A stretch of 64,000 nucleotides of DNA from Alphaproteobacteria bacterium (GCA_963422645.2 CAXXVO010000021.1:32001-96000); one strand, 5' to 3'; positions 50,952 through 60,755 are shown, numbered from the stretch's first letter. The notes: generated by a model from the letters alone, not told the origin. Program-made: numbers and translations.

Positions 50952-51844
50952 GCCCCTCGCGCCGCCGCCAGTGCATCGACCATGTCCGCGACCGGCTCGG
51001 GATCTCGGAGCGCCGCGCCTGCCGGGTGCTGGGGCAGCACCGCTCGGCCCAGCGCCATGTCCCGCGCGGGCGTGACGATGAGGATCGCCTGGTCGCGGAC
51101 ATGATCGAGCTGGCCCGCCGGTACGGTCGCTACGGCTATCGCCGGATCGCCGCCCTGCTGCGCGACGCCGGCTGGCAGGTCAACGACAAGCGGGTCGAGC
51201 GCCTGTGGCGGCGCGAGGGGCTGAAGGTGCCCGCCAAACAACCCAAGCGAGGGCGTCTATGGCTCAACGACGGCTCCTGCGTCCGGCTACGCGCCGAGCG
51301 GGCGGACCATGTCTGGTCCTATGACTTCGTGCATCACCAGACCCATGATGGCCGGGTCTTTCGTACGCTCAACGTCCTGGACGAGTTCACCCGTGAGAGC
51401 CTGGCGATCCGTGTCCGGCGCAAGCTCTCCTCGACCGATGTCATCGACGCGCTGACCGACCTGTTCATCCTGCGCGGTATTCCGGCCTGGATCCGCTCCG
51501 ATAACGGCCCGGAGTTTGTCGCTGAGGCCGTCCGGGGATGGATTGCCGCGGTCGGGGCCCGGACCGCCTTCATCGAGCCTGGTTCTCCTTGGGAGAACGG
51601 CTATATCGAGAGCTTCAACGCGCGGCTGCGCGACGAGCTCCTGAACGGGGAGATCTTCTATACCCTCAAGGAAGCCCAGGTTCTCATCGAATCCTGGCGG
51701 CGCCATTACAACGCCATACGCCCACACAGCAGCCTGGGATACCGGCCGCCGGCCCCGGAAACGATCGTCACGCCAAGCTGGCCGCCCGGCTCCGCTACGC
51801 TCCGCCGGCCATCCAGCTTGGCCGAGAAACCGTCAATGCACTAA
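50948..51844 (+). CDS. IS3 transposase OrfB (DDE)
   Basis: WSYDF, RSDNGPEF, WENGYIESFN. Confidence 0.92.
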   Translation: MSPSRRRQCIDHVRDRLGISERRACRVLGQHRSAQRHVPRGRDDEDRLVADMIELARRYGRYGYRRIAALLRDAGWQVNDKRVERLWRREGLKVPAKQPKRGRLWLNDGSCVRLRAERADHVWSYDFVHHQTHDGRVFRTLNVLDEFTRESLAIRVRRKLSSTDVIDALTDLFILRGIPAWIRSDNGPEFVAEAVRGWIAAVGARTAFIEPGSPWENGYIESFNARLRDELLNGEIFYTLKEAQVLIESWRRHYNAIRPHSSLGYRPPAPETIVTPSWPPGSATLRRPSSLAEKPSMH

Positions 51845-51878
51845 CATTCAAACCGGACCAGTCGACGGGGGCAGGTCA

Positions 51879-52850
51879 GGTCGTCTCAGGCATGGTGGCC
51901 AAAGCGGAGGAGGACCCGAAGGCGGCGGCGCGCGCCATCGGCAATGCGGGCAATGCCGGCACGAACCTGCCGGAGCGCGGCATCGGCGCGAGCCGGCTGG
52001 AGGACGAGGGCCGCGCGCGGCTGGCCGATCCGGACGACCCCGGCGGCGCGGCGGGCCGCACGGTGATCCGGGGCACGACCTCGCGTCCGGCCGAGAGCGT
52101 GCCGGCCACCGATCCGCTGGTGCGGCGCTCGGAGACCATCGCGGCATCGCCGCAATCTTCCGTTCACGGCGCGGACGGCCTCGCCTCCGGCAGTACGGCC
52201 GACTGCGGGGCGACCTCGACGATGCCGGCGATGGCGGGTCGTGCGGGTCCGTGCGCTGGTGCGTCGGCGCCGGTTGCGAGACCGTACGGCCGCAGGCGAA
52301 TACCGGCTTCGTCGAGGCCACGACGCGGCTCAACATGGCGCTGGAGCTAGGCGGTGACGAGTTCGACCGCGACGACATGCGCTTCTTCACCGGCCAGCGC
52401 CGGGCCTGTCACATCAAGCTGTTCGGGCTCGCCAACTGCTGCAAGAACAGCGGCCTGCTGGTCGGGCTCGCCGACTGCTCGGCCTCGGAGCGCGAGCTGG
52501 CGGCAGAGCGCAATGCCGGCAACACTCATTATCTCGGGCGGTACTGCTCGAAGCGCACCTTCTTCGGCGTCTGCATCCGCCGCTCGCGCGCCTGGTGCGT
52601 GTTCGGCTCCAAGCTCGGGCGCATCCTGCAGCAGCAGGGCCGGCGCCAGCTCGGCATCGGCTGGGGGAGCTGCCGCGGCTTCACCGTGGCCGAGGTCGAG
52701 GGTATCGACTTCGCCAGCCTCGACCTCTCGGAGTTCACGCAGGACCTGATGGACGGCTCGCGCGAGCCGGCGGTGTCGCTGCCCGACGCCGGGGACATGG
52801 GCGACGCCATGCGCACGCGCATCCGCGACTTCTACCGGCGGGGCGGGTGA
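51879..52850 (+). pseudogene. traN: F-type conjugative mating-pair stabilisation protein TraN, 5'-truncated and frameshifted near 52210
   Basis: Cys-rich C-terminus NCCK, HYLGRYCS, WCVFGSKLGRILQQQGRRQL, CRGFT, IDFASLDLSEF. Confidence 0.8.
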
Positions 52851-53122
52851 TGGCGCGGCGCACGAAATACGCCGCCAAGCGCGCCGTGACACGCTTCCTG
52901 GCGGCGATCGGCGTCTGGGCTGTCAATCGGCTTTCAATACTGACCCCCGATCGGCGTGCAAAATTGACCCCCCTGAGTGGCACGGCGGAGGTTGTCCCGG
53001 TAGCCAATAGGGGGGACCCGCGCGGCTTCGTGTGGCGCCCTGCGCTACGCGGAGCGAAGCCGCGTGGGGGGTCCCTGTTGGCCCACCGGGGCAACCGGGC
53101 CGCAAGGGAGGCCGGCGGCGGG

Positions 53123-53851
53123 TCAGGAGCGGTTCTTGAAGCGCCAGCTCTCGTTGCCGGTCTCGATGATCTCGCAATGATGGGTGAGGCGATCGAGCAG
53201 CGCTGTGGTCATCTTGGGGTCGCCGAAGACGGATGGCCATTCGCCGAAGGCGAGGTTTGTGGTGATGACGATCGAGGTGCGCTCGTAGAGCCGGCTCATC
53301 AGATGGAAGAGCAGCTGCCCACCGGCCTGGGCGAAGGGCAGGTAGCCGAGCTCGTCGAGGATGACGAAGTCGCGGCGGACGAGCTGGTCTGCAGTGCGGC
53401 CCTGGCGTCCGGCGCGAAGCTCGGCCTCGAGGAGGTTGACCAGGTCGACGACGTTGTAGCACCGGCCGCGCGCGCCCTTGCGGATGCAGGACCGCGCGAT
53501 GGCGACGGCGAGATGGGTCTTGCCGGTACCGGTGCCGCCGACCAGCACGATGTTGCGTTTGCCCTCGAGGAAGCCGCCGCCGGCGAGCTCCTGGATCAGG
53601 GGCTCGTTGACCGGCGAGGCGGCGAAGTCGAAGTCGGCCAGCTCCTTGACCGTCGGCAGCTTGGCGGAGGCCATCTGGTACTTGATCGAGCGGGCCCTCT
53701 TGTCGGCGATCTCGACCTGCAGCAGCGTACCGATGATCTGTTGCACCGGATGGCGGCGCTTGAGCCCGTCGGCAAGGATGTCGTCGTAAGCGGCGCGCAT
53801 ACCTGCGAGCTTCAGCTGGGTCATCATCTCCAGCACATCATGACGCTCCAT
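53123..53851 (-). CDS. istB: IS21 helper ATPase IstB
   Basis: [32 protein letters not shown]. Confidence 0.94.
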   Translation of the reverse strand: MERHDVLEMMTQLKLAGMRAAYDDILADGLKRRHPVQQIIGTLLQVEIADKRARSIKYQMASAKLPTVKELADFDFAASPVNEPLIQELAGGGFLEGKRNIVLVGGTGTGKTHLAVAIARSCIRKGARGRCYNVVDLVNLLEAELRAGRQGRTADQLVRRDFVILDELGYLPFAQAGGQLLFHLMSRLYERTSIVITTNLAFGEWPSVFGDPKMTTALLDRLTHHCEIIETGNESWRFKNRS

Positions 53852-55352
53852 GACCGGCCTCCCTCAGGCTGTCGTAGCGCTGACAGTCGGCTACCGGCTT
53901 GTGGCGAAGCTGCAGGCCCTCGGGCGTCGGGATGATTGCCGGCGGTGCCGGCTGGCGCTGCCGGGCGAGGATGTTGAGCACCACGTCGGCGCTGCAGGCA
54001 CCGCAGTCGAGCGTCTCGGCACAGGCCGCCTCAACCGCCTCCAGTCCGTCCTCCAGCACCGCCGCGAGCACCTTGACGAACTGCCGGTCGCCGTCGTCGT
54101 GGCCCGCGAGCCGGGTTCGCAGGCGGCCGAGCGCGTTGGGCAACTGCCAGTCCTTGAAGGGCGCGCCATTGCGTAGCGCGCCGGGCTTCCGCGTCAGGAT
54201 CGGCACGTAATGCCACGGATCGTAGACGAACCGGCCGCGCCCGAAGCTGCGGGGGTGCTCGGCAACGGTCTCGCCGTCCTGGCGGATGACGATCCGATCG
54301 GCATAGGCCCGCACGTCCACCGGCCGGCCGACGGCGCGGGCCGCGACGCTGTACTGGTTGTTGTCGAAGCGCACCAGACAGGTCTTCGAGACCGACACCT
54401 CGCTGGCATGGAAGCCGTCGAAGGGGCCGCGATACGCCATCAGGAAGGGCTGCTCCTCCTCGAACACCTGCCACACCGTCTTGCCCGGGATTGTCGGATG
54501 CGGATGCTTCTTGGCGTCCTCGATGCACCGATCCATCAGCCACTCGTTGATCTCGGCGTAGGAGCGGCCCCGCGGGATGGGCACGAACAGGCGGCCGCGA
54601 AGGTCACCCACCTGCTTCTCGACCTGCCCCTTCTCCCAGCCAGCCCCTGGCGTGCACGCCACAGGCTCCACCAGATGGTGCGAGCACAGCTCCTGGAAGC
54701 GGCGGTTGTAGTCCCGCTTCTTGCCCACGAAGATCGTGCTCACCGCCGTCTTCATGTTGTCGTAGATGCCCCGCCGGCAGACCCCGCCGAAGAAGCGGAA
54801 GGCACGCTCGTGCGCCTCGAAGACCATCTCCTGGCTCTCGCGGGGAAAGATCTGGACCAGATACATCCGGCTGTGGCACAGCCGCATGTGCGCCGCCTTC
54901 ACCCTGGTCGTCGCGCCCGACAGACGCGCGTACTCGTGGCTCCAGTCGAACTGGTAGGCCTCGCCGGGATCGAAGATCAGCGGCACATAGGCCTGCGCCG
55001 GCGACAACAGCCGCCACCGGCGCCGCCAGGCCCTGGCATAGCGGCGAACCGCGTCATAGCCGCCCTTGTAGCCCAGCGACACAAGGTCTTCATGAATCCG
55101 CAGAAGAGACAGCCGATCCTTGCGTGCCTTCTTCTCGTTGGCCTTCAGCTGGCGCTCAAGCTCCTCCACCCACAGCCCAAGCTTCGGCATCGGCTGGATC
55201 TTGCGCTCGTAGCTGTGCGAGGTCGCATCGCCCCGCACCACCTTGCGTATCGTGTTCTTGGAAACCCTCAAATCCCGGGCGAGCTTCTTGATCGGAACGC
55301 CCTTCACCAGATGATCCCGACGGATCTTCGCGATCGTTTCCACAACCAGCAT
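53838..55352 (-). CDS. istA: IS21 transposase IstA
   Basis: [29 protein letters not shown]. Confidence 0.94.
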   Translation of the reverse strand: MLVVETIAKIRRDHLVKGVPIKKLARDLRVSKNTIRKVVRGDATSHSYERKIQPMPKLGLWVEELERQLKANEKKARKDRLSLLRIHEDLVSLGYKGGYDAVRRYARAWRRRWRLLSPAQAYVPLIFDPGEAYQFDWSHEYARLSGATTRVKAAHMRLCHSRMYLVQIFPRESQEMVFEAHERAFRFFGGVCRRGIYDNMKTAVSTIFVGKKRDYNRRFQELCSHHLVEPVACTPGAGWEKGQVEKQVGDLRGRLFVPIPRGRSYAEINEWLMDRCIEDAKKHPHPTIPGKTVWQVFEEEQPFLMAYRGPFDGFHASEVSVSKTCLVRFDNNQYSVAARAVGRPVDVRAYADRIVIRQDGETVAEHPRSFGRGRFVYDPWHYVPILTRKPGALRNGAPFKDWQLPNALGRLRTRLAGHDDGDRQFVKVLAAVLEDGLEAVEAACAETLDCGACSADVVLNILARQRQPAPPAIIPTPEGLQLRHKPVADCQRYDSLREAGHGAS

Positions 55353-55462
55353 CTCCCCCACCACCCCGTCCGTCCAAACGACGAGGTGTGTTCATGGACA
55401 CAAATCCAAGGGGGTCAATTTTGGACGCCGATCACCCCCAATAGGGGGTCACTTTTCCACGC

Positions 55463-56023
55463 TTAACAACAGTCAGGCGCTCTGCAGCGCGGCGTGCGCG
55501 AGAGGGGTGCCGCCGGCGAGGCAGCCGACGCGGATGCGGCCGGGTCGTCCTCGCGAAGCTGCTGCCGCAGTTCCATCCAGAGCCGTCCGAGGACGTTGTT
55601 GCCCTCGTAGCGATCGGCGACGGGGCTCGCGCGCCACCAGGGGTCCCGGGTCGAGACCTCGACGATGGAACGCTCGCCGGTTGAGGCGAGCACGGCGTCG
55701 ATCTCGGCCGCGTTCGCCTCGCGCTTCAGGCGCAGGACCCAGCGCATGACGTCGACGCGCTGCGCGTTCCAGCCGGGATCGATGCCGAGTCCCGAGGTGC
55801 GGCCGATGGTGGCTGCTTCCCTGGCCGTGGGCGCCTCGGCGATGCGTTGCTGGACGTCGGGGTGCGCCGGGAACTTGCAGGCCTGATAGACCGCCTCGGA
55901 CGTCCCGAACGACCAGGGACCGGCCATGATCGGGACGGCGAGCGGCTGGAAGTTGCTGAAGGCGCCCCACGCCGCTTTCGTGAAGCGAAACCCGCAGGCC
56001 TGCTCCTTAATATAGGTGCGCAT
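55463..56023 (-). CDS. NADAR (YbiA-like) family protein
   Basis: FSNF, SEAVYQACKF, DPWW, GNNVLGRLWMELR; C-terminus runs into the IS21 end. Confidence 0.8.
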   Translation of the reverse strand: MRTYIKEQACGFRFTKAAWGAFSNFQPLAVPIMAGPWSFGTSEAVYQACKFPAHPDVQQRIAEAPTAREAATIGRTSGLGIDPGWNAQRVDVMRWVLRLKREANAAEIDAVLASTGERSIVEVSTRDPWWRASPVADRYEGNNVLGRLWMELRQQLREDDPAASASAASPAAPLSRTPRCRAPDCC

Positions 56024-56328
56024 CGGTTTCTCCCTCGCGGACGGCTGGCGGCGCGGCGGGGGACTCGCTCCCCTGTCGCGGGCTTGCCCCTCCCGGTCCC
56101 GCCTCTTCCTCGGGGCGCCGGGAATGCTCGCAGGCGGCGTTCGAAGCCCAGGTGCTGCGGTTCCGGGAGGGACCGCGGGACTTGCCGGGAAACGGCGGGT
56201 TATGCTCGCAAGGGCGAAGCCGCGGTCATGCAGGTCCTAGCGGAAGCGCCGTGGGGTCGGGGCCAGTGTCGACCTCGCGGGAGGGTAGCGGGTTCACGGC
56301 GCTGATCTCGGGATCGGAGGAATCGGCA

Positions 56329-57513
56329 ATGAACAAGGCGGCGATCGTCGCCCGCGTGGCCAGGCGGATGGGGCTGAACAAGTTCGCGGCGGAAGGAGCG
56401 GTCGATACCGTTCTTGAGGCGATCGCCGAGGGCCTTGCCAAGGAAGAGGACGTGCGGATCGCGGGGTTCGGCACGTTCAGGACGCGGAACCGGGCTGCAA
56501 GGCAGGGCCGCAACCCGGCGACGGGCGAGAGTGTGCGGATACCGGCGTCGAAGGTACCGTCGTTCAAGGCGGCAAAAGGTCTCAGGGAGGCGGTGAAACG
56601 GGGCTGGCAACCGGATGCGGCGGTGCCCGGGGATGACGGCGATGGCGAGCCCGGCAACTCAGGCGCGATGCTGGAGATGTCGGACTGGCCGGGCGGCGTG
56701 GAGCCGGTCTGGACCCTGTTGGAGCCGGAGAGCGCCCGGGCGCTGCGGACGGAACCGGCGGCGGATAACCCGACACTGCGGCTGGCGGCGGACCTGCCGG
56801 ACGAGGCGTTCGCAGAATCGGCCTTCGTGCGCAATGCCCTGATCGCGCTCGAACTGATAAGCAACGAGTTCTTGCCGAGGTTCACCGAGAAGGGGCATTT
56901 CGGGCGCGAGATGGTCGCGTCGATGCGCGAGGCGATGACCTGGCCGGGAATGGAGGCGACCGAGCAGTTCCGGACGGGAAAGGCGCTGCGTGAGGGAGAC
57001 GTCTGGGAGCTTCACCTGCTGCATCGGCTGATGGACCTGGCCGGGCTCATGGACGGGCAGGCGTTCCTGGGCCAGTTGACCGCGTTGGGGCGCGAGATGC
57101 GCGAACCCGGACGACGGGGCGCCCTCCAGGCGCTGCTGTTCAGACACCTCTTCTGGCGCGCGGACCTCTCGGAGTTCGTGGAGACGTTTCCGCGAGGGCT
57201 GCCGGGCCGGTGGCCGCAGGACGATACCGGCGTGATCCTCTGGGGGCTCTCGAACGTGGCCGGAGAGTGGCAGAGCGCGGACACGCTCAGGACGCTGACC
57301 ACGGTTCGCGACGATTCTGTGGCGGGACTGCACTGGAACGCGGAGGGCACGATGTTCGCGGGCCGCGTTCTGCAACCTTTGCGCTGGTTCGGGCTGCTCG
57401 AATACCACGGGCCTCCGGAGAGGTTCGAGGTGGGCTGGCGCAAGACCCCCCTCTTCGACCGCTTCCTGTCGTTCGATGTGAGGCTCGCGAAGGACCGGGG
57501 GACGGGTCACTGA
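56329..57513 (+). CDS. HU/IHF-family DNA-binding domain fused to a ~300-aa unknown domain
   Basis: MNKAAIV...GFGTF...GRNPATGE...PSFKAAKGLREAV followed by a long in-frame extension; RBS GGAGG. Confidence 0.8.
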   Translation: MNKAAIVARVARRMGLNKFAAEGAVDTVLEAIAEGLAKEEDVRIAGFGTFRTRNRAARQGRNPATGESVRIPASKVPSFKAAKGLREAVKRGWQPDAAVPGDDGDGEPGNSGAMLEMSDWPGGVEPVWTLLEPESARALRTEPAADNPTLRLAADLPDEAFAESAFVRNALIALELISNEFLPRFTEKGHFGREMVASMREAMTWPGMEATEQFRTGKALREGDVWELHLLHRLMDLAGLMDGQAFLGQLTALGREMREPGRRGALQALLFRHLFWRADLSEFVETFPRGLPGRWPQDDTGVILWGLSNVAGEWQSADTLRTLTTVRDDSVAGLHWNAEGTMFAGRVLQPLRWFGLLEYHGPPERFEVGWRKTPLFDRFLSFDVRLAKDRGTGH

Positions 57514-57761
57514 GCGCGCATTGCCGGGAGGACGGCCGCACCGCGCGGGGGTGATCGAGGTGTCGGGCCTGGGTGCAGGTTGCTGCGATGGCTGCGGCAG
57601 CGGCACAGGGTTCGCACGGGCCGATGATGGATCGCCCCGTATGAGGCGCGTGGCCGCCGCCGTCTCTCCGCGCACCGAAGACGAGGGATGGGCGGTTCTT
57701 ACGGGGCTGCCGATCTCTCCCGTACGGAATCGGTCCGCGCCGACCGGCCGGCGTGGAAGCG

Positions 57762-59855
57762 CTAGGCCTCGTTGGGAAGGTTGAGGGAGGAGACGCGCAT
57801 CCGCTTCCTCCGTTCGAAGAAGATCGGGAGATCGGCGCGAGCCGCGGGGCCGGACGGCTCGCCGCCGGCGAGAGCGGTGAGCAGGGACAGCGCGGGGTAG
57901 TCCTCGATTTCGAGCTCGTCTCTCGGCCAGTCGTCGTCGAGGATGCGCACCCCCTGAGCGAATCCTCGCGCCCAGGTCGTCAGCTCGCCGTCGCCGAGAG
58001 CGGCGAGCGCGTCCGCGGCGAAGCCGCTCTCTCCGATACCGCGGTCGAACTCGTTGTGGCGCTCCGGTGCGCGGCGCAGGAACTCCCCGGTCCCCTCGCC
58101 GCCGATGCCCCGGACCCCGTCCGCGAGCGCGTGCAGCCATTCCGCGGGACGGGGCTCCCGGGGCGCGAGCACCGCGGCCGCGACGTAGCCGTCGAGCCAG
58201 GCCAGCGAAGCAGCGCAATGCAGGTCCCCCTCCGGCCACGCCGCCGCCTCGGCAAGGGCGGCCAACGGGTCCGGACGCCCTGCGTCGCCGGCGCGAAGCC
58301 GGCGTTCCTCCTCGTGCCAGACGTCGACGGTGGCGAGGAAGATGCTATCCATGATCGGGATGCCCTTGAGCGCGCGTCCGTCGAGCAGGGCCGAGGCCAC
58401 GGCGGCGAAGGAGCGCCAGTCGGCGTCGCCGGCGGCCTTCAGGACATGGGCGGCGCGCAGCACGAGAAGGGCCCAGTCGCCGCGCCTCTCTTCGAGGCGC
58501 GCCCGGAAAGCTTCGAGCGTCTGCCGTGGACCGTCAGCGGCCTTCAGCGATTCGTCCAGCAGCGCCGTGCCCTCGAACCATGTGTCCATGATCGGCCGGT
58601 CGTCGGGCCACGCAGAGCTGCGGCGGATCAGCTCGTCCCGCTCCGCGTCGGGCAGGCCGGCGATCGCGCCTCCCGGGTCGAGTTCCGTGAGCCAGTCGGG
58701 CGCCGTCATCGCCCGCGGGCGCAGCTCGGAAAGGCCAAAGCCGGCGGCGACGTCGATCAGATAGGCCGGTGGAGGCCGCCCTTCGGCAAGTCCGTCCGCG
58801 AGCGCGGCGGAAAGCGCGGTCTCGAAGGCTTCGAACGGTACGTCGAGCGCCCCCAGCTCGTCCTCCAGGTTGCACGCGGCACTCAGGGCTTCGTCGTCCC
58901 GGAAGATGCGCGCGATGGTGACGCCGTGGCCGGCCTTGACCACCACCACCGCGCAAGCGGGTCCGTCCGCAGGGTCGAGCATGGCGGCGAGATGCTGCAT
59001 GCTCGAGCCGGCCGGCAGGGCGGCGAGGAAACGCGTCGGACGGCCCGCGGGGCGCGCCATCGGGTGGAAGCGGCCCCGCAGCCGGGTCTCGCGCAGGGCG
59101 GTATCCAGCAAGGGACGCGCGGAATCCGCCGGCATCCAGTTCCGGATGAGCGGCACGAGCGCCGGCAGGGCGGGCTCCATGGCGTCGCCCCGCACCCGGC
59201 CGGAGAGGCCGCTGGCGGCCGCCAGGCGAACCTCGGGCGAGCGGTCCAGCAGCCAGTAGAGGGCGGCGCGGCCGTACCGCTCCTCTTCGCGCCCCGAAAC
59301 ATGGTGGACGAAGGTCGGCCTGAACTCGGACGGAAGGACCGCCATCAGGTTGGCGAGGAGGTCGTGCAGCAGATGATCGTCGCCGCCCGCATGGCGCGCG
59401 AGACGGTCGATCTCCCCGTCCAGCAGGCCGGGAAACGCGGCAAGCGCCTGGCCGGTGCCGGGTTCGCCGGCGAAGATCGGGAAGAGGCATTCCGGCGCAT
59501 CCAGGCCTGCGCGGATGAAGGCGCGTGCCAGACCGAGCGCGGCGTGGTCCGGGAGGTCGCCGCGGGCGGCCAGGGTATCGATGGCGCCGCGCGCCTCGGC
59601 GAGGAAGGGCTCGCCGAAGCGGCGTCGGTTCTCGGCATCGCGTTGCGCCCGTTCGACCAGGACCCCGAACAGGTCGAGCGGAGCGTTGCGCTCCGAGTCC
59701 GCGGTCCGCGCGATGCGGGCGGCGAGCATGGAAGCCATGCCCGTCCTGCCGAGAAGCACCGGCGCGTGCTGCTCCGCCAGCTCCCTTCGGTCGAGGAAGT
59801 CGTCGAAGCCGTCGAGCTCGTCGAGGCAGGCTTGCAGAAGATCGGCTTCGGGCAT
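57762..59855 (-). CDS. Large helical hypothetical protein with C-terminal UPF0149/YecA-like domain
   Basis: WLDGYVAAAVLAP...PAEWL...WARGFAQG; start uncertain. Confidence 0.6.
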   Translation of the reverse strand: MPEADLLQACLDELDGFDDFLDRRELAEQHAPVLLGRTGMASMLAARIARTADSERNAPLDLFGVLVERAQRDAENRRRFGEPFLAEARGAIDTLAARGDLPDHAALGLARAFIRAGLDAPECLFPIFAGEPGTGQALAAFPGLLDGEIDRLARHAGGDDHLLHDLLANLMAVLPSEFRPTFVHHVSGREEERYGRAALYWLLDRSPEVRLAAASGLSGRVRGDAMEPALPALVPLIRNWMPADSARPLLDTALRETRLRGRFHPMARPAGRPTRFLAALPAGSSMQHLAAMLDPADGPACAVVVVKAGHGVTIARIFRDDEALSAACNLEDELGALDVPFEAFETALSAALADGLAEGRPPPAYLIDVAAGFGLSELRPRAMTAPDWLTELDPGGAIAGLPDAERDELIRRSSAWPDDRPIMDTWFEGTALLDESLKAADGPRQTLEAFRARLEERRGDWALLVLRAAHVLKAAGDADWRSFAAVASALLDGRALKGIPIMDSIFLATVDVWHEEERRLRAGDAGRPDPLAALAEAAAWPEGDLHCAASLAWLDGYVAAAVLAPREPRPAEWLHALADGVRGIGGEGTGEFLRRAPERHNEFDRGIGESGFAADALAALGDGELTTWARGFAQGVRILDDDWPRDELEIEDYPALSLLTALAGGEPSGPAARADLPIFFERRKRMRVSSLNLPNEA

Positions 59856-59989
59856 GGTCGTGTCCGGGATAGAGGGCTGATGCCGGGGATCGAGACGCAT
59901 CGTGCCATGGCGAGCCCGGTCGTTGAAGACGGCAGGGAGAGACGAAGAGGCGGCGGGGCGCCCGCAGCGGACACCCCGCCGACGGTGGA

Positions 59990-60310
59990 TCAGCGGCGCC
60001 GGGCGTCGACGAAAATGCCCGCCGCGTAGCTCCCCCACATTTGCATGCCCGAGTCCGTCAGGTTGACCCCGGTGCAGACGATGACCTCGTGGCGCTCGGG
60101 CCGCAGCCGCTGAACGGCCCGCAAGCTCATCGCCTTGCGCGCCTGCTTGCGTCCGCCCTTCGATCCCTTGCCGGGCCGCCAGGGCCGGATCTGGCCCTAG
60201 TAGTCGGACAGGTACCGCTCGACCACGTAGCGCTGGTCATCGAGCCCTTGCCCGAACAGGTGGGTGAGGTAGGTTCGGGCGTTTCCATGGAGTGTGCCGT
60301 TGATCTGCAT
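59990..60310 (-). pseudogene. Paralog of 39668-39994 with one in-frame TAG (60199-60197); not in ORF track
   Basis: MQINGTLHGNARTYLTHLFGQGLDDQRYVVERYLSDY*GQI...SLRAVQRLRPERHEVIVCTGV...GMQMWG...GIFVD. Confidence 0.75.
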
Positions 60311-60735
60311 GTGCCGCCTCCCGCTAGCCTGTGAGTGGAAGCGGCGAGGACGCCTCTCGCCGGACGCCGCACGCCGCGCCCCGCTTCAGGCCGGGCTCTC
60401 CCTCCTGCCGGCGTGAGGGCGCCGGCGCGGAGCAAGGATCGTGATGCGGGTTGAAGGCGGGGGGCCGCACGCCGCCGGGCCGGGCGGCCCTGCGGCGCCG
60501 CCGAGGCCCGGATGGGCGACGGCATGGCTGGGCCGTGCGCGGCTGCGGAGGACGGGGCGGCGATCCCGCTGCCGGGGTTTCCGCGGGCTTTTGAGGTCAG
60601 GAGTGGTCTGGAGTTTACTTCGGGGTGGTTACTGGGTGATTATTTTCCTCGTTCCGGCGTCGGGCGCACGCTCGTGTCTTCTCCCAAGCTATTGAAATGA
60701 AATGGTTATGCGCGACGGCGCGCCCAACCGTGTTG

Positions 60736-60755
60736 GTGGTGAGAAATGCGGGCTA
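60736..60755 (+). repeat. attR-like direct repeat GTGGTGAGAAA plus the remaining MITE terminus TGCGGGCTA
   Basis: DR of 30267-30277; 60737-60755 is an inverted copy (18/19) of 30017-30035. Confidence 0.8.

Larger units (their letters stand above)
50616..51878 (+). mobile_element. IS3-family insertion sequence (IS407-group-like)
   Basis: TG...CA imperfect TIRs TGATCCTCCCCCATTGGATTGGTCC / GGACCAGTCGACGGGGGCAGGTCA; GGT on both flanks; GGGAAAC slippery site at 50939-50945. Confidence 0.9.
52921..55471 (-). mobile_element. IS21-family insertion sequence
   Basis: TG...CA ends with repeated TGACCCCC/GGGGTCA boxes; istA-istB on minus strand; no TSD. Confidence 0.88.
30278..60746. mobile_element. 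Integrative genomic island / decayed ICE (~30.5 kb)
   Basis: 11-bp DR at both ends, integrase at left end, traN/ssb relics, defence cargo; flanked by housekeeping rsmE and pepF. Confidence 0.82.

Noticed and set aside
60197-60199. Programmed stop-codon recoding of the in-frame TAG
   Set aside because: TAG is used as a normal stop elsewhere in the window (gshA, pepF, hsdR); a simple nonsense mutation or read error is more likely.
60707-60720. TGGTT after the IHF-like box as the reverse complement of a tRNA-Met 3' end
   Set aside because: Only about 5 bp match and orientation is opposite to the 31730 fragment; too weak.
30017-60755. 19-bp inverted repeat at both island flanks read as TIRs of a giant DDE transposon
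   Set aside because: Better explained as the two ends of a small MITE split by the island, since the rest of the right TIR sits at 30253-30277 with an 11-bp DR.
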